Source: a virus
Lineage: Duplodnaviria; Caudoviricetes
DNA: 26,555 nt
Reading direction: 5' to 3' (one strand)
Virus record (IMG/VR): IMGVR_UViG_3300032324_000072
Location: 1 to 26,555 of that record
Both the position numbers and the translations under genes were made by a program. Below are positions 17,058 to 24,325 of the stretch, piece by piece. Under the pieces are notes generated by a model. It worked only from the letters and a program-made list of their open reading frames with translations. It made no database searches and was not told the DNA's origin. Position 1 is the first letter of the stretch. Each line of letters begins with the position of its first letter.

Positions 17058-17088
17058 ATATTAGTTTATAAACTTGACCATGTCAAGT
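17058..17088 (-). promoter_or_regulatory. Sigma70 promoter with an inverted repeat over the -35
   Basis: TTGACA (17086-17081)-N17-TAATAT (17063-17058), AT-rich upstream; palindrome ACTTGAC-CAT-GTCAAGT at 17072-17088. Confidence 0.75.
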
Positions 17089-17096
17089 ATTTTTAT

Positions 17097-18662
17097 TTAT
17101 TTTTCTTCAGAAACTTCACTGTGATACAAATCAATAATCTTGGTATGTACATCCAATTTATTTTGCAACATGCCGTATAGTTTTGTCTCTACGGGTGAAC
17201 CCTTAATGTGCACAATAGTCATAGGGTTTACTTGCCCTTTGCGGTGAATACGTGCGTTCGCTTGCAGGTAAGTTTCAATAGAAGTAACTGGTGAATACCA
17301 AATGATTACATTAGCGGCAGTTAGTGTTACTCCGTGGGCGGCAGCTTGCGGTTGTATGATTAGTACTTGAGGGTTGTCTTGCTCTTGAAAATTCTTAAAT
17401 ATTTCAGTACGTTTGTTGACGGGAACAGCACCATTGATAACTTCGCAGTTAATACCTGCCCCTCTCAGATGCGCTCTCAGTAGTTCTATTGTATGCGTGA
17501 ATGGCACAAAAACAAGCACTTTATGGCTAGCCTCTTCAATAACTTCTTGTACAACCCGTAAGCGATTGCTAACATCAAACTCAATAACAGACCCATTATC
17601 AGAATACACAGCACCGCCACTAATTTGAAGCAACTTATTAAGGTTTGTAGCAGCATTGACGGTGCTAATTTCTTCTCCGTCCGCTACCATAAGCATCTGT
17701 TGTTTAAGAATTTTGTAGTATTTTGACTGTTGCGCAGTAAGCGGGGCGTCCCTAAATACATGAGTAATTTCTGGTAAGTCCAAACATTGCTCCTTAGTAA
17801 AACGTACGGCAGGTTGAAGGGCATCAAATACAATTTGACTAGCGTTTGGTCTAGGTAGCCAACGGAACTTACTTAGGTTTACCATAGTCTGGTCTCTAAA
17901 CGCACCAAAAAATCTAGGTACATTATTAGGTACACACAACTTAGCTAAGCCGTAAGCGTCGGTTGGAGTTTGAGCTGCTGGTGTACCCGTCATCATCCAT
18001 ATCCACATGTCCTCATGACTCTTTACAATAGCATTAAGTGTTTTCCAGCGCTTTGTCGTAGGAGTTTTGTATGCATTTGCTTCGTCAATAATGATTAAGT
18101 CAAATCCCGCAAAGATAATGTCTTCAGCAACAATCTCAATGCCATCGTAGTTAATAACTACAAAGTCGGCGTCGCTATTAATAACTGCTTTACGCTTAAT
18201 GCGGTCTCCGTAGGCTATACCCACTTTGCGGTGCACGGCAAACTTAAACAAGTCTGCTTGCCAAGCCGACTGCATGATAGATAGTGGGCAAATAATTAAT
18301 ACGCGTTTAATCTTACCCTGCTTCATTAAATAGTCAGCCGCCCAAATAGCCGATGCAGTCTTACCTGTACCCTGCTCATTAAAGCAAAAGCTACGTTTGT
18401 TTAGCGTCAAAAATGCGGCAGTGTCTTTTTGATGTGCCATTGGGGGGAACACACCAGGCCAATCGTAATCCCTGATAATAGGAGAAGGTACGTTCTTAAC
18501 CTTTAAAGTAGACAAGGCTTGAGCTTCTTCTAAACCCCAATGAACTGCTACTTTATGTAAGTCGCCGTTAGACTCAACAAGTTTACTTTTAGGTATGCAC
18601 TCGGTTACTAAGTGCGGGCGTCTAGTAGTTACAACTAATGCTTTGTTATTTACTATTTCCAT
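17097..18662 (-). CDS. SNF2-family (SF2) helicase
   Basis: EQGTGKT, LIICPLS, IIIDEAN, MTGTP, GVTLTAA, QANARIHRKGQ. Confidence 0.92.
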   Translation of the reverse strand: MEIVNNKALVVTTRRPHLVTECIPKSKLVESNGDLHKVAVHWGLEEAQALSTLKVKNVPSPIIRDYDWPGVFPPMAHQKDTAAFLTLNKRSFCFNEQGTGKTASAIWAADYLMKQGKIKRVLIICPLSIMQSAWQADLFKFAVHRKVGIAYGDRIKRKAVINSDADFVVINYDGIEIVAEDIIFAGFDLIIIDEANAYKTPTTKRWKTLNAIVKSHEDMWIWMMTGTPAAQTPTDAYGLAKLCVPNNVPRFFGAFRDQTMVNLSKFRWLPRPNASQIVFDALQPAVRFTKEQCLDLPEITHVFRDAPLTAQQSKYYKILKQQMLMVADGEEISTVNAATNLNKLLQISGGAVYSDNGSVIEFDVSNRLRVVQEVIEEASHKVLVFVPFTHTIELLRAHLRGAGINCEVINGAVPVNKRTEIFKNFQEQDNPQVLIIQPQAAAHGVTLTAANVIIWYSPVTSIETYLQANARIHRKGQVNPMTIVHIKGSPVETKLYGMLQNKLDVHTKIIDLYHSEVSEEK

Positions 18663-18942
18663 TTTTTGGTTTGTTCTTCTTCACACTACTGTCCGAGTTA
18701 CGGCTAAACGAACGGTTAGCACTAGCTGCTTTAACAGATAGATTGCCCATCGTTGTCTTGCCACCTTTGGATAGGGGTGTCTTATGGTCTACGTCTTTAC
18801 CATCACCTTTGTGCACTTTGCCAGCAGCTTCCATCATGCGACGGGCTTTGTTGCGCTGGGCACGTTTCTTTTTAACGGCTTCGGTGCCGTCATAAGTCTC
18901 GTACTCATGTTTGTATGGTCTTGGTTTATTAACGTATGGCAT
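18646..18942 (-). CDS. Small HNH endonuclease-like protein
   Basis: GKDVDHKTPLSKGG...NL......NRS; basic 98-aa protein. Confidence 0.8.
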   Translation of the reverse strand: MPYVNKPRPYKHEYETYDGTEAVKKKRAQRNKARRMMEAAGKVHKGDGKDVDHKTPLSKGGKTTMGNLSVKAASANRSFSRNSDSSVKKNKPKNGNSK

Positions 18943-18993
18943 ATTAATCCCCGTGGAGTAGTATTAAACCACCCCATTATCCTTTATTTTTCC

Positions 18994-19374
18994 TTATCTT
19001 CCTAGTTCATTTGCTGAGTTATACCACTCAATTATTACCCACTTAAGTATGTCAATACCTTCACCAAGCAAGACTGGTTCATACTCATTGGGGTTTATAT
19101 AAAAAACTTGTTCTACATTCATCCCGTTATCTGTGTCACCAACAATAATCAACACAACGGTTCTAGGCTGTTTTGCAAGGTTTCTTAGTAATATTCTTTG
19201 GCCACCTCCAAGAGATTCGCCATTGCGCTTCCACTCGCCGAATAAAAAACACTTATTACGTTCATATACCATGTCTACATCAGATGGTAAAAAACGTGGA
19301 TTAGTAGGTATTAACCCTATAAGTTCCCCAAAGTCTTTATGTTTGGCGTTTGGATTGCGCATGGCTGATGTCAT
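18994..19374 (-). CDS. PD-(D/E)XK nuclease-fold protein
   Basis: PSDVD...LFGEWK.....GGGQR; 126 aa. Confidence 0.6.
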   Translation of the reverse strand: MTSAMRNPNAKHKDFGELIGLIPTNPRFLPSDVDMVYERNKCFLFGEWKRNGESLGGGQRILLRNLAKQPRTVVLIIVGDTDNGMNVEQVFYINPNEYEPVLLGEGIDILKWVIIEWYNSANELGR

Positions 19375-20081
19375 TTTTGTATCGCCAAGTTGTTTTGCCC
19401 AATCTGCGTAATCTCATACCCTAGGCTCTCCAAGTGGGCAAAGACCGCCTGACGCTTCTCAGGGAACTTCCATGTCCAAGCTTCAAAGATAATCGGCGGG
19501 TAGTTGTTTTCACGCAACGTATGCTCTGCACCATGAAGCACCTGTAGCTCGTGCCCTTCAACGTCAATCTTGATTAGGCGAACCTTCTCGTACTGCATAG
19601 AATCAAGTGGAATGATTATCATGCGCTCGGCAACACCTTCAGACTTAACTTCATAGTCCTTAAGGCGAGTGTCAAAGTCAATGCTAAACGCACCGATGTT
19701 TGTTTCTTCAGCATAGTTTGGTAATACGTAGCTAGTTATACGCTGTTCGTTACTCAACCCAACATTGTGTGCATATACATTACTTAGTCGGTTTAAGAAT
19801 AGGTTGGCACATAACTGGTAGTAAACAATACGTTGTGGTTCAAAGACTTCAAATTGTAGATGTGCATGATGTCTAGCCAGTGGAACAACATAACTGCCAA
19901 GATTAGCGCCGATATCAAGCACAATACCCTCAGTGTGTCCTGCCAAAAGCTCGGACGAGAGTTCTTGTAATTCTTTCTCGTAACCACCACTACGTACAGC
20001 GTTACTAACAATATCGTTATGCTTAAAAAGAGCATAATTCAGGTCTCCGTCTGTGGCTAAATGAATTTCAGGTAGGCTCAT
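19371..20081 (-). CDS. FkbM-family SAM-dependent methyltransferase
   Basis: VLDIGANLG, FEP, LIKIDVEGHELQVLHGA, PPIIFE. Confidence 0.9.
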   Translation of the reverse strand: MSLPEIHLATDGDLNYALFKHNDIVSNAVRSGGYEKELQELSSELLAGHTEGIVLDIGANLGSYVVPLARHHAHLQFEVFEPQRIVYYQLCANLFLNRLSNVYAHNVGLSNEQRITSYVLPNYAEETNIGAFSIDFDTRLKDYEVKSEGVAERMIIIPLDSMQYEKVRLIKIDVEGHELQVLHGAEHTLRENNYPPIIFEAWTWKFPEKRQAVFAHLESLGYEITQIGQNNLAIQK

Positions 20082-20860
20082 TTAAGATTACCGCCGGATT
20101 TGATAATGTCGCCACCGTATACGTATGTACCAACGTGTTCTAGTTTAATAAATGGGTTAGCGTATATCTTGCCACCGTTCTTACGATGTAACTCACAGAA
20201 GTGATAGTCCTCAGACAGCAAGCAACCTGACTCATCAATACTTGTTGCAAAGAACTCTTTTACTTCGGGCTTGAGGTAGTTGCCGTTAGCATCTTTAACT
20301 GTGCTCGGTCTGTATGTAGGAACTTTGTCAGCTAAGTTCTCAAACACTTGTCGCTTGATAAGCATAAAGCCTGTACCACCATGACGTACTTCAACACAAC
20401 CTGATTCATCTGTGTGTAGTTCTTGACCTAGCTCATGTGCGAAGTTCAATACAAAAGCACCTGAGTAATCTTTTAACCCTGTAGTCTTACCTGATGCTAC
20501 GGCTTTTTCGACAGCAACCCAGTCAACTTCTTTTTTGGGATAGATACCGCAAGCGATATCCTTATCCGCCGCCATCAATTGAGCAACTGCCGTGCCATCA
20601 AACCCGATGTCAGCATCAATGAACATTAGGTAGTCCATCTTTTGTTCTAAGAAGATACGAGTAAGTTCGTTACGTGCACGAGTAATAAGCGATTCGTTAC
20701 CCATTTGTACAAAATAGACTTGTACGCCAATAGACTGCATCTTGTTAATAGTCTGTAATACACCAACCATAAAATTACCTGTGCACATACCACCATACAT
20801 AGGTGTTGCAATCATTAGGCTTGGCTTTTGTTTGTTGATTGTTACTGTTTCAATGCTCAT
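20078..20860 (-). CDS. GT-A fold (GT2-like) glycosyltransferase
   Basis: IATPMYGG, ESLITRARN, FIDAD (DxD), GTGFMLIKR, LSEDYHFC, HVG. Confidence 0.85.
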   Translation of the reverse strand: MSIETVTINKQKPSLMIATPMYGGMCTGNFMVGVLQTINKMQSIGVQVYFVQMGNESLITRARNELTRIFLEQKMDYLMFIDADIGFDGTAVAQLMAADKDIACGIYPKKEVDWVAVEKAVASGKTTGLKDYSGAFVLNFAHELGQELHTDESGCVEVRHGGTGFMLIKRQVFENLADKVPTYRPSTVKDANGNYLKPEVKEFFATSIDESGCLLSEDYHFCELHRKNGGKIYANPFIKLEHVGTYVYGGDIIKSGGNLK

Positions 20861-21024
20861 TTGTAGTCCCTTTCTAAGTATTTCTGCACAAGGCGTGTGA
20901 ATGTTTCAAATCGTCTTATCTCGTTACGTGCATAGTTTGTCGGGAACCCCGATTCGTACGCCCATAAAACAATTTGTTCTCGATTAATCGTTTCGTTCTC
21001 TGTCTTTTCGTTCTCGTTGTTCAC
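20857..21024 (-). CDS. Small hypothetical protein absent from the ORF track; start uncertain
   Basis: GTG at 21024 opens (M)NNENEKTENETINREQIVLWAYESGFPTNYARNEIRRFETFTRLVQKYLERDYK; ATGA overlap with the glycosyltransferase start; resembles the phage NRExI..A.EAGF...RFA.LV pattern. Confidence 0.6.
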   Translation of the reverse strand: MNNENEKTENETINREQIVLWAYESGFPTNYARNEIRRFETFTRLVQKYLERDYK

Positions 21025-21055
21025 GTTCTTCTTTCTGTTGTTCTTGCGGGGTCAT
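20984..21055 (-). CDS. Possible 23-aa highly charged peptide
   Basis: MTPQEQQKEEREQRERKDRERND; ATG overlaps the upstream stop (ATGA). Confidence 0.3.
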   Translation of the reverse strand: MTPQEQQKEEREQRERKDRERND

Positions 21056-21234
21056 AGTAAATCTGTAATATCTTTAAGTTTTTTTGCTAAAGCACGCTTA
21101 ACCTTTTTGTAAGCACGCCTTTCAATCTGCTGTACTGCATTTCTGGTAATACCTAAAACATCTGCAACTTCTTGTTGAGTCATGCCATCGTAATCAAGTA
21201 CTCGAACATGATTTGGTTTCTTTGTCTTTGTCAT
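21052..21234 (-). CDS. Stand-alone sigma70 region 4-like HTH protein
   Basis: MTQQEVADVLGITRNAVQQIERRAYKKVK; GAGGGAG RBS. Confidence 0.8.
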   Translation of the reverse strand: MTKTKKPNHVRVLDYDGMTQQEVADVLGITRNAVQQIERRAYKKVKRALAKKLKDITDLL

Positions 21235-21391
21235 TCTGCTCCCTCTGCTTCTTTAGCATCAGGCTCTTCTGTACCCAAGCCGCTATGTACTCCCTGAACT
21301 CCCAATCCGTCATCATTATCCCGTCGTTTGGGTCTAAATATTTCGTCATAGTTAGCACGGTATCGTTCATTTGTTTTCTTTTGGTTTTCAT
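21194..21391 (-). CDS. Hypothetical protein
   Basis: Co-oriented ORF starting directly after the upstream stop; alternative start at MNDTVL. Confidence 0.55.
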   Translation of the reverse strand: MKTKRKQMNDTVLTMTKYLDPNDGIMMTDWEFREYIAAWVQKSLMLKKQREQNDKDKETKSCSST

Positions 21392-22027
21392 TCATTTGTT
21401 TAACTCTTCAAAGTTATAAAACCACTCATCCTTGGCGCTCCACTTAGCATGGTTTTCAACGCTGTACACTTCTGTTGGTATCTTAAAATCAGGTGTTTTT
21501 AATACGGCGGGAACCAATGATACGTCATACCATAGGCATCTGTTGTTTGGCTGGCATGCAAATTGACCGTTGTCTAGCTTAATAAAGTTATAGCTCTTGT
21601 GTTCTTCAACTCCTTCACTAAAGCTCGTATCCAAACGGTTAGCATCGGGGCTGGCAAAGTCAATCGTGAACAAGTAGTTACCAAAGTGAAACTGTTTATC
21701 CTTGCCAAAGTATTTGACCTTGAGTCCACGTAGATTAGATTTCTCAATCACAGCCATGTCGTATGATAGGCAATCCCAAATCTGCAAGAAATCCAATGGT
21801 AACATATATGTTACTGGCTTCCATACGTAGGCACTGATAGGTAGCTTGTCGTACAAAGCTCCATAGTTTGTGAGCATAGATTCAATCCTAAACGCTTGAC
21901 CCTTGATAGCTTTGGCACTAATCCATACGCAAGGCTCTAATTCACCATGCCCTGATTCGTGGTTATATAGGAATTCTTTACGAACAAAACATTTAACAGG
22001 CGGTATGTTGGCTACTAAAAAAGTCAT
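21392..22027 (-). CDS. Phage protein of unknown function
   Basis: 211 aa; ANIPP..C.VRKEFLY...HGE, YLFTID, EHKS, GQFACQPNNR pattern, recalled from aquatic phages. Confidence 0.75.
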   Translation of the reverse strand: MTFLVANIPPVKCFVRKEFLYNHESGHGELEPCVWISAKAIKGQAFRIESMLTNYGALYDKLPISAYVWKPVTYMLPLDFLQIWDCLSYDMAVIEKSNLRGLKVKYFGKDKQFHFGNYLFTIDFASPDANRLDTSFSEGVEEHKSYNFIKLDNGQFACQPNNRCLWYDVSLVPAVLKTPDFKIPTEVYSVENHAKWSAKDEWFYNFEELNK

Positions 22028-22147
22028 TTAATTTTTCCTGTGATAAACATCTTCGGGATTCATCTTCATGCTTGCAAGCAACTGTTCGATGGAATCAAAC
22101 CAAACAATGAAGTGTAACCCTGTCTTTGTATAAACATCAAACGTCAT
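22028..22147 (-). CDS. 39-aa hypothetical protein absent from the ORF track
   Basis: TAAGGA RBS then MTFDVYTKTGLHFIVWFDSIEQLLASMKMNPEDVYHRKN; stop abuts the next ATG. Confidence 0.65.
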   Translation of the reverse strand: MTFDVYTKTGLHFIVWFDSIEQLLASMKMNPEDVYHRKN

Positions 22148-22162
22148 AAATTAGTCCTTAAC

Positions 22163-22438
22163 CTACTTAATGCTTCTTTTATGAGTCATTTTTGCTTTAG
22201 CCAATGCTTTTTCAAGCGCATCAATACGTGCTGTCAATGCCCTGTTTACTGTCATAGCTTCGGATACTTGGGTAGTAATAGCTTCTGCTTGTTGGTTAAT
22301 TACGTCTGAGGCTAACCACAACGCACCGCTAAGGTCGTTATCTTGTGACTGTTCAGCAACCATCTTGACAACGGAAGCCGCACCATCAAGCCTGTAAGTA
22401 AGTTCTTCAATCCTGCTTAAATGTTGCCATATATTCAT
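22163..22438 (-). CDS. Hypothetical helical/coiled-coil protein
   Basis: 91 aa, ATGA overlap, heptad-like pattern. Confidence 0.7.
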   Translation of the reverse strand: MNIWQHLSRIEELTYRLDGAASVVKMVAEQSQDNDLSGALWLASDVINQQAEAITTQVSEAMTVNRALTARIDALEKALAKAKMTHKRSIK

Positions 22439-22662
22439 TTATTCACATCCCCAGTAAAGTGTTCAGGGTACTTTAATATAGGCTTCCTATCCGCCGCATT
22501 AAACCATTCGAGTTGAGCATAAATACCTTCTATATCATCTGCTGATATGGTTGCTTGCCCATAAGCATAGGCTTCACCTTCGGTGTCGTAAAACACTTCA
22601 GCTATTTCAAAAAACTCATTGCCCATTTCATCAACCGTACTAACTATTCTATGGTTCCACAT
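22435..22662 (-). CDS. Hypothetical phage protein
   Basis: Start set to ATG 22662 (TAATG overlap); MWNHRIV...FEIAEVFYD..G pattern common in phages. Confidence 0.7.
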   Translation of the reverse strand: MWNHRIVSTVDEMGNEFFEIAEVFYDTEGEAYAYGQATISADDIEGIYAQLEWFNAADRKPILKYPEHFTGDVNK

Positions 22663-22844
22663 TATTTCACCATGCACGTATAAGCTAACTTACCTATGCG
22701 GAACTGCTTCATAGTGTCGCAATCCTGTTGCAAATGATAGGTAAATGTAGCGTTGGACACCATAGTGCCAAGAGCAAAGCCCACCATTAGAACAATCATA
22801 AAGTTTCTAAACTTAGTAACCCATACTTTGTTTTCATCACTCAT
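22662..22844 (-). CDS. Small membrane protein
   Basis: One hydrophobic stretch FMIVLMVGFALGTMV, then C.....F..G...Y.C. Confidence 0.7.
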   Translation of the reverse strand: MSDENKVWVTKFRNFMIVLMVGFALGTMVSNATFTYHLQQDCDTMKQFRIGKLAYTCMVK

Positions 22845-23023
22845 TTTGTTTTCCTCATTCGTTTAACTGATGCAATACCAACTTCGGTTTCTTTATACTT
22901 TCTTAGTTCAAGCATTTGGTCGGCTATGTTATAAGCCGTCTTTATAGGCACTTCATCGCCACGGATTAATATACCTAACATAGCAAACATCGCAAAGCAG
23001 TCTCTCAAGTCTTCATCGTTCAT
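22841..23023 (-). CDS. Small phage protein (LRDxFA...AY..AD.ML family)
   Basis: LRDCFAMFAMLG...AYNIADQMLELR; ATGA overlaps on both sides. Confidence 0.75.
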   Translation of the reverse strand: MNDEDLRDCFAMFAMLGILIRGDEVPIKTAYNIADQMLELRKYKETEVGIASVKRMRKTK

Positions 23024-23694
23024 CTGTAATGTCCTTTCCCGTTATGTTCACAATTTTTTACCAAACAATACTTACGGCAAGTAAAATTAGGTTTTGCGTT
23101 CCATACGCCTGTCTCATGCGCTTTCTCTAGGCGGTCGGTCTCTTGTATCCACTTCAACCATGTGAGCGGTGCGTCTTTCTTTTCAAAGTCGGCTTTCACG
23201 AAGTCGTTGCAAACCAAAAACACCAAGCCAGTCTTGACCTTACGCACCTTCGGGAAGTGTTTGAAGATAGCCAGCGCCATCAACTCCAATTGCTTGACGT
23301 CAGCAAACTCAGATGACTTACCAGTCTTGTAATCAATAACCCGTGCTGTATCCCCGTTTATGATGACTAAGTCTGCGACTCCTCTGAACCATACGTTCTC
23401 GTCGAAAAAACCACACGCTTGTATATCTTTTGTTAGCCCCATCTTGTATTCGCATAGTTTCTCTCCTGGGATTGCTTTCAACATATCTAGCACTTCTTTG
23501 AACTGCTCAAATGGCGGTGGCAACGGCGTGCCCTTGCCGATATAAAACTCAGCCGCCTCGTGTACACGCTTGCCATATAGGATGGCTTCGGTCTCAGGTT
23601 CTTTAATATCCTTAGCTACACGCAAGTGATAATACTTACGTGGGCATTGTTGAAACAAACCCAAAGACGAGTACGACCATTTTAAGTCACCCAT
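23020..23694 (-). CDS. Cas4/AddB-like PD-(D/E)XK exonuclease
   Basis: WSYSSL..FQQCP, G..VH, RGVADL, IDYKTGK, QL, C-terminal CRKYC...C; start at ATG 23694 (TGATG overlap). Confidence 0.88.
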   Translation of the reverse strand: MGDLKWSYSSLGLFQQCPRKYYHLRVAKDIKEPETEAILYGKRVHEAAEFYIGKGTPLPPPFEQFKEVLDMLKAIPGEKLCEYKMGLTKDIQACGFFDENVWFRGVADLVIINGDTARVIDYKTGKSSEFADVKQLELMALAIFKHFPKVRKVKTGLVFLVCNDFVKADFEKKDAPLTWLKWIQETDRLEKAHETGVWNAKPNFTCRKYCLVKNCEHNGKGHYR

Positions 23695-23873
23695 CAATCG
23701 TCCTTCCTAGGTATCCAAGACCTAACCGCAGTGGTCATCAAACGCATCTCAACCTGTGCGTTTATGCATTGGTCATAAGCTTCTTGAAACTTACCTGCTG
23801 TTAACGCATCATGCGCTAGCTCTAAGCATTTCTTTGCTTCTAGGTAGGCAGGACTGTAATCTACTGTTTTCAT
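23694..23873 (-). CDS. 59-aa hypothetical protein absent from the ORF track
   Basis: MKTVDYSPAYLEAKKCLELAHDALTAGKFQEAYDQCINAQVEMRLMTTAVRSWIPRKDD; fills the gap exactly with ATGA and TGATG overlaps. Confidence 0.75.
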   Translation of the reverse strand: MKTVDYSPAYLEAKKCLELAHDALTAGKFQEAYDQCINAQVEMRLMTTAVRSWIPRKDD

Positions 23874-24325
23874 TTTCTTCCTGACTTTCTTCCTGTTGCT
23901 TTTACTTGATTAAAACTAGTCATTCTTCCGTTTAGTTTACCGATGTCAATAGATAAACTTAGTTGTTGCATATGTAGTTTTGCCCTTCTATCTGTACCGT
24001 TTGATTCTCTTTGCCACTTAGTTGCTTTCTTGCTTCTTTCGCAATCAAGCCCAGTAGAAGCGTTAACCCAATCTAATACACGTTTGTTGTCTTCAACATC
24101 CCATAGCTTAATACTTAGCGGATGTAAAAAACTATCTACCCAAACACGTACGTGCATGGTGTAGTGCATGTAAGTTGAACACCTAAGCATACCTTCTTCA
24201 GCAAATTCGTTTGGGTATTTACCTAACATCTCTTTACATTGATGTATTAATGTTCCACATCTATTATCCCTACGCCAGTGGAGTATCAACAACGCATCCC
24301 AGCTTCTTTGTTTCGGGTGCATCAT
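23870..24325 (-). CDS. Hypothetical protein
   Basis: Co-oriented ORF; ATG 24325 overlaps the polymerase stop; no recognised motif. Confidence 0.6.
   Translation of the reverse strand: MMHPKQRSWDALLILHWRRDNRCGTLIHQCKEMLGKYPNEFAEEGMLRCSTYMHYTMHVRVWVDSFLHPLSIKLWDVEDNKRVLDWVNASTGLDCERSKKATKWQRESNGTDRRAKLHMQQLSLSIDIGKLNGRMTSFNQVKATGRKSGRK

Noticed and set aside
18070-18095. DEAN rather than DEAH in helicase motif II
   Set aside because: Catalytic DE and all other motifs are intact, so no case for inactivation
18943-18996. Spacer before the HNH gene with a weak hairpin and a TAAGGAAAAA match to the putative sRNA
   Set aside because: The match is only 10 nt of low complexity and lies about 45 nt from the HNH start; the hairpin is weak
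23020-23694. Cas4-like gene as a sign of a CRISPR system
   Set aside because: No repeat-spacer array or other cas genes seen; stand-alone Cas4-like exonucleases are usual next to phage PolA
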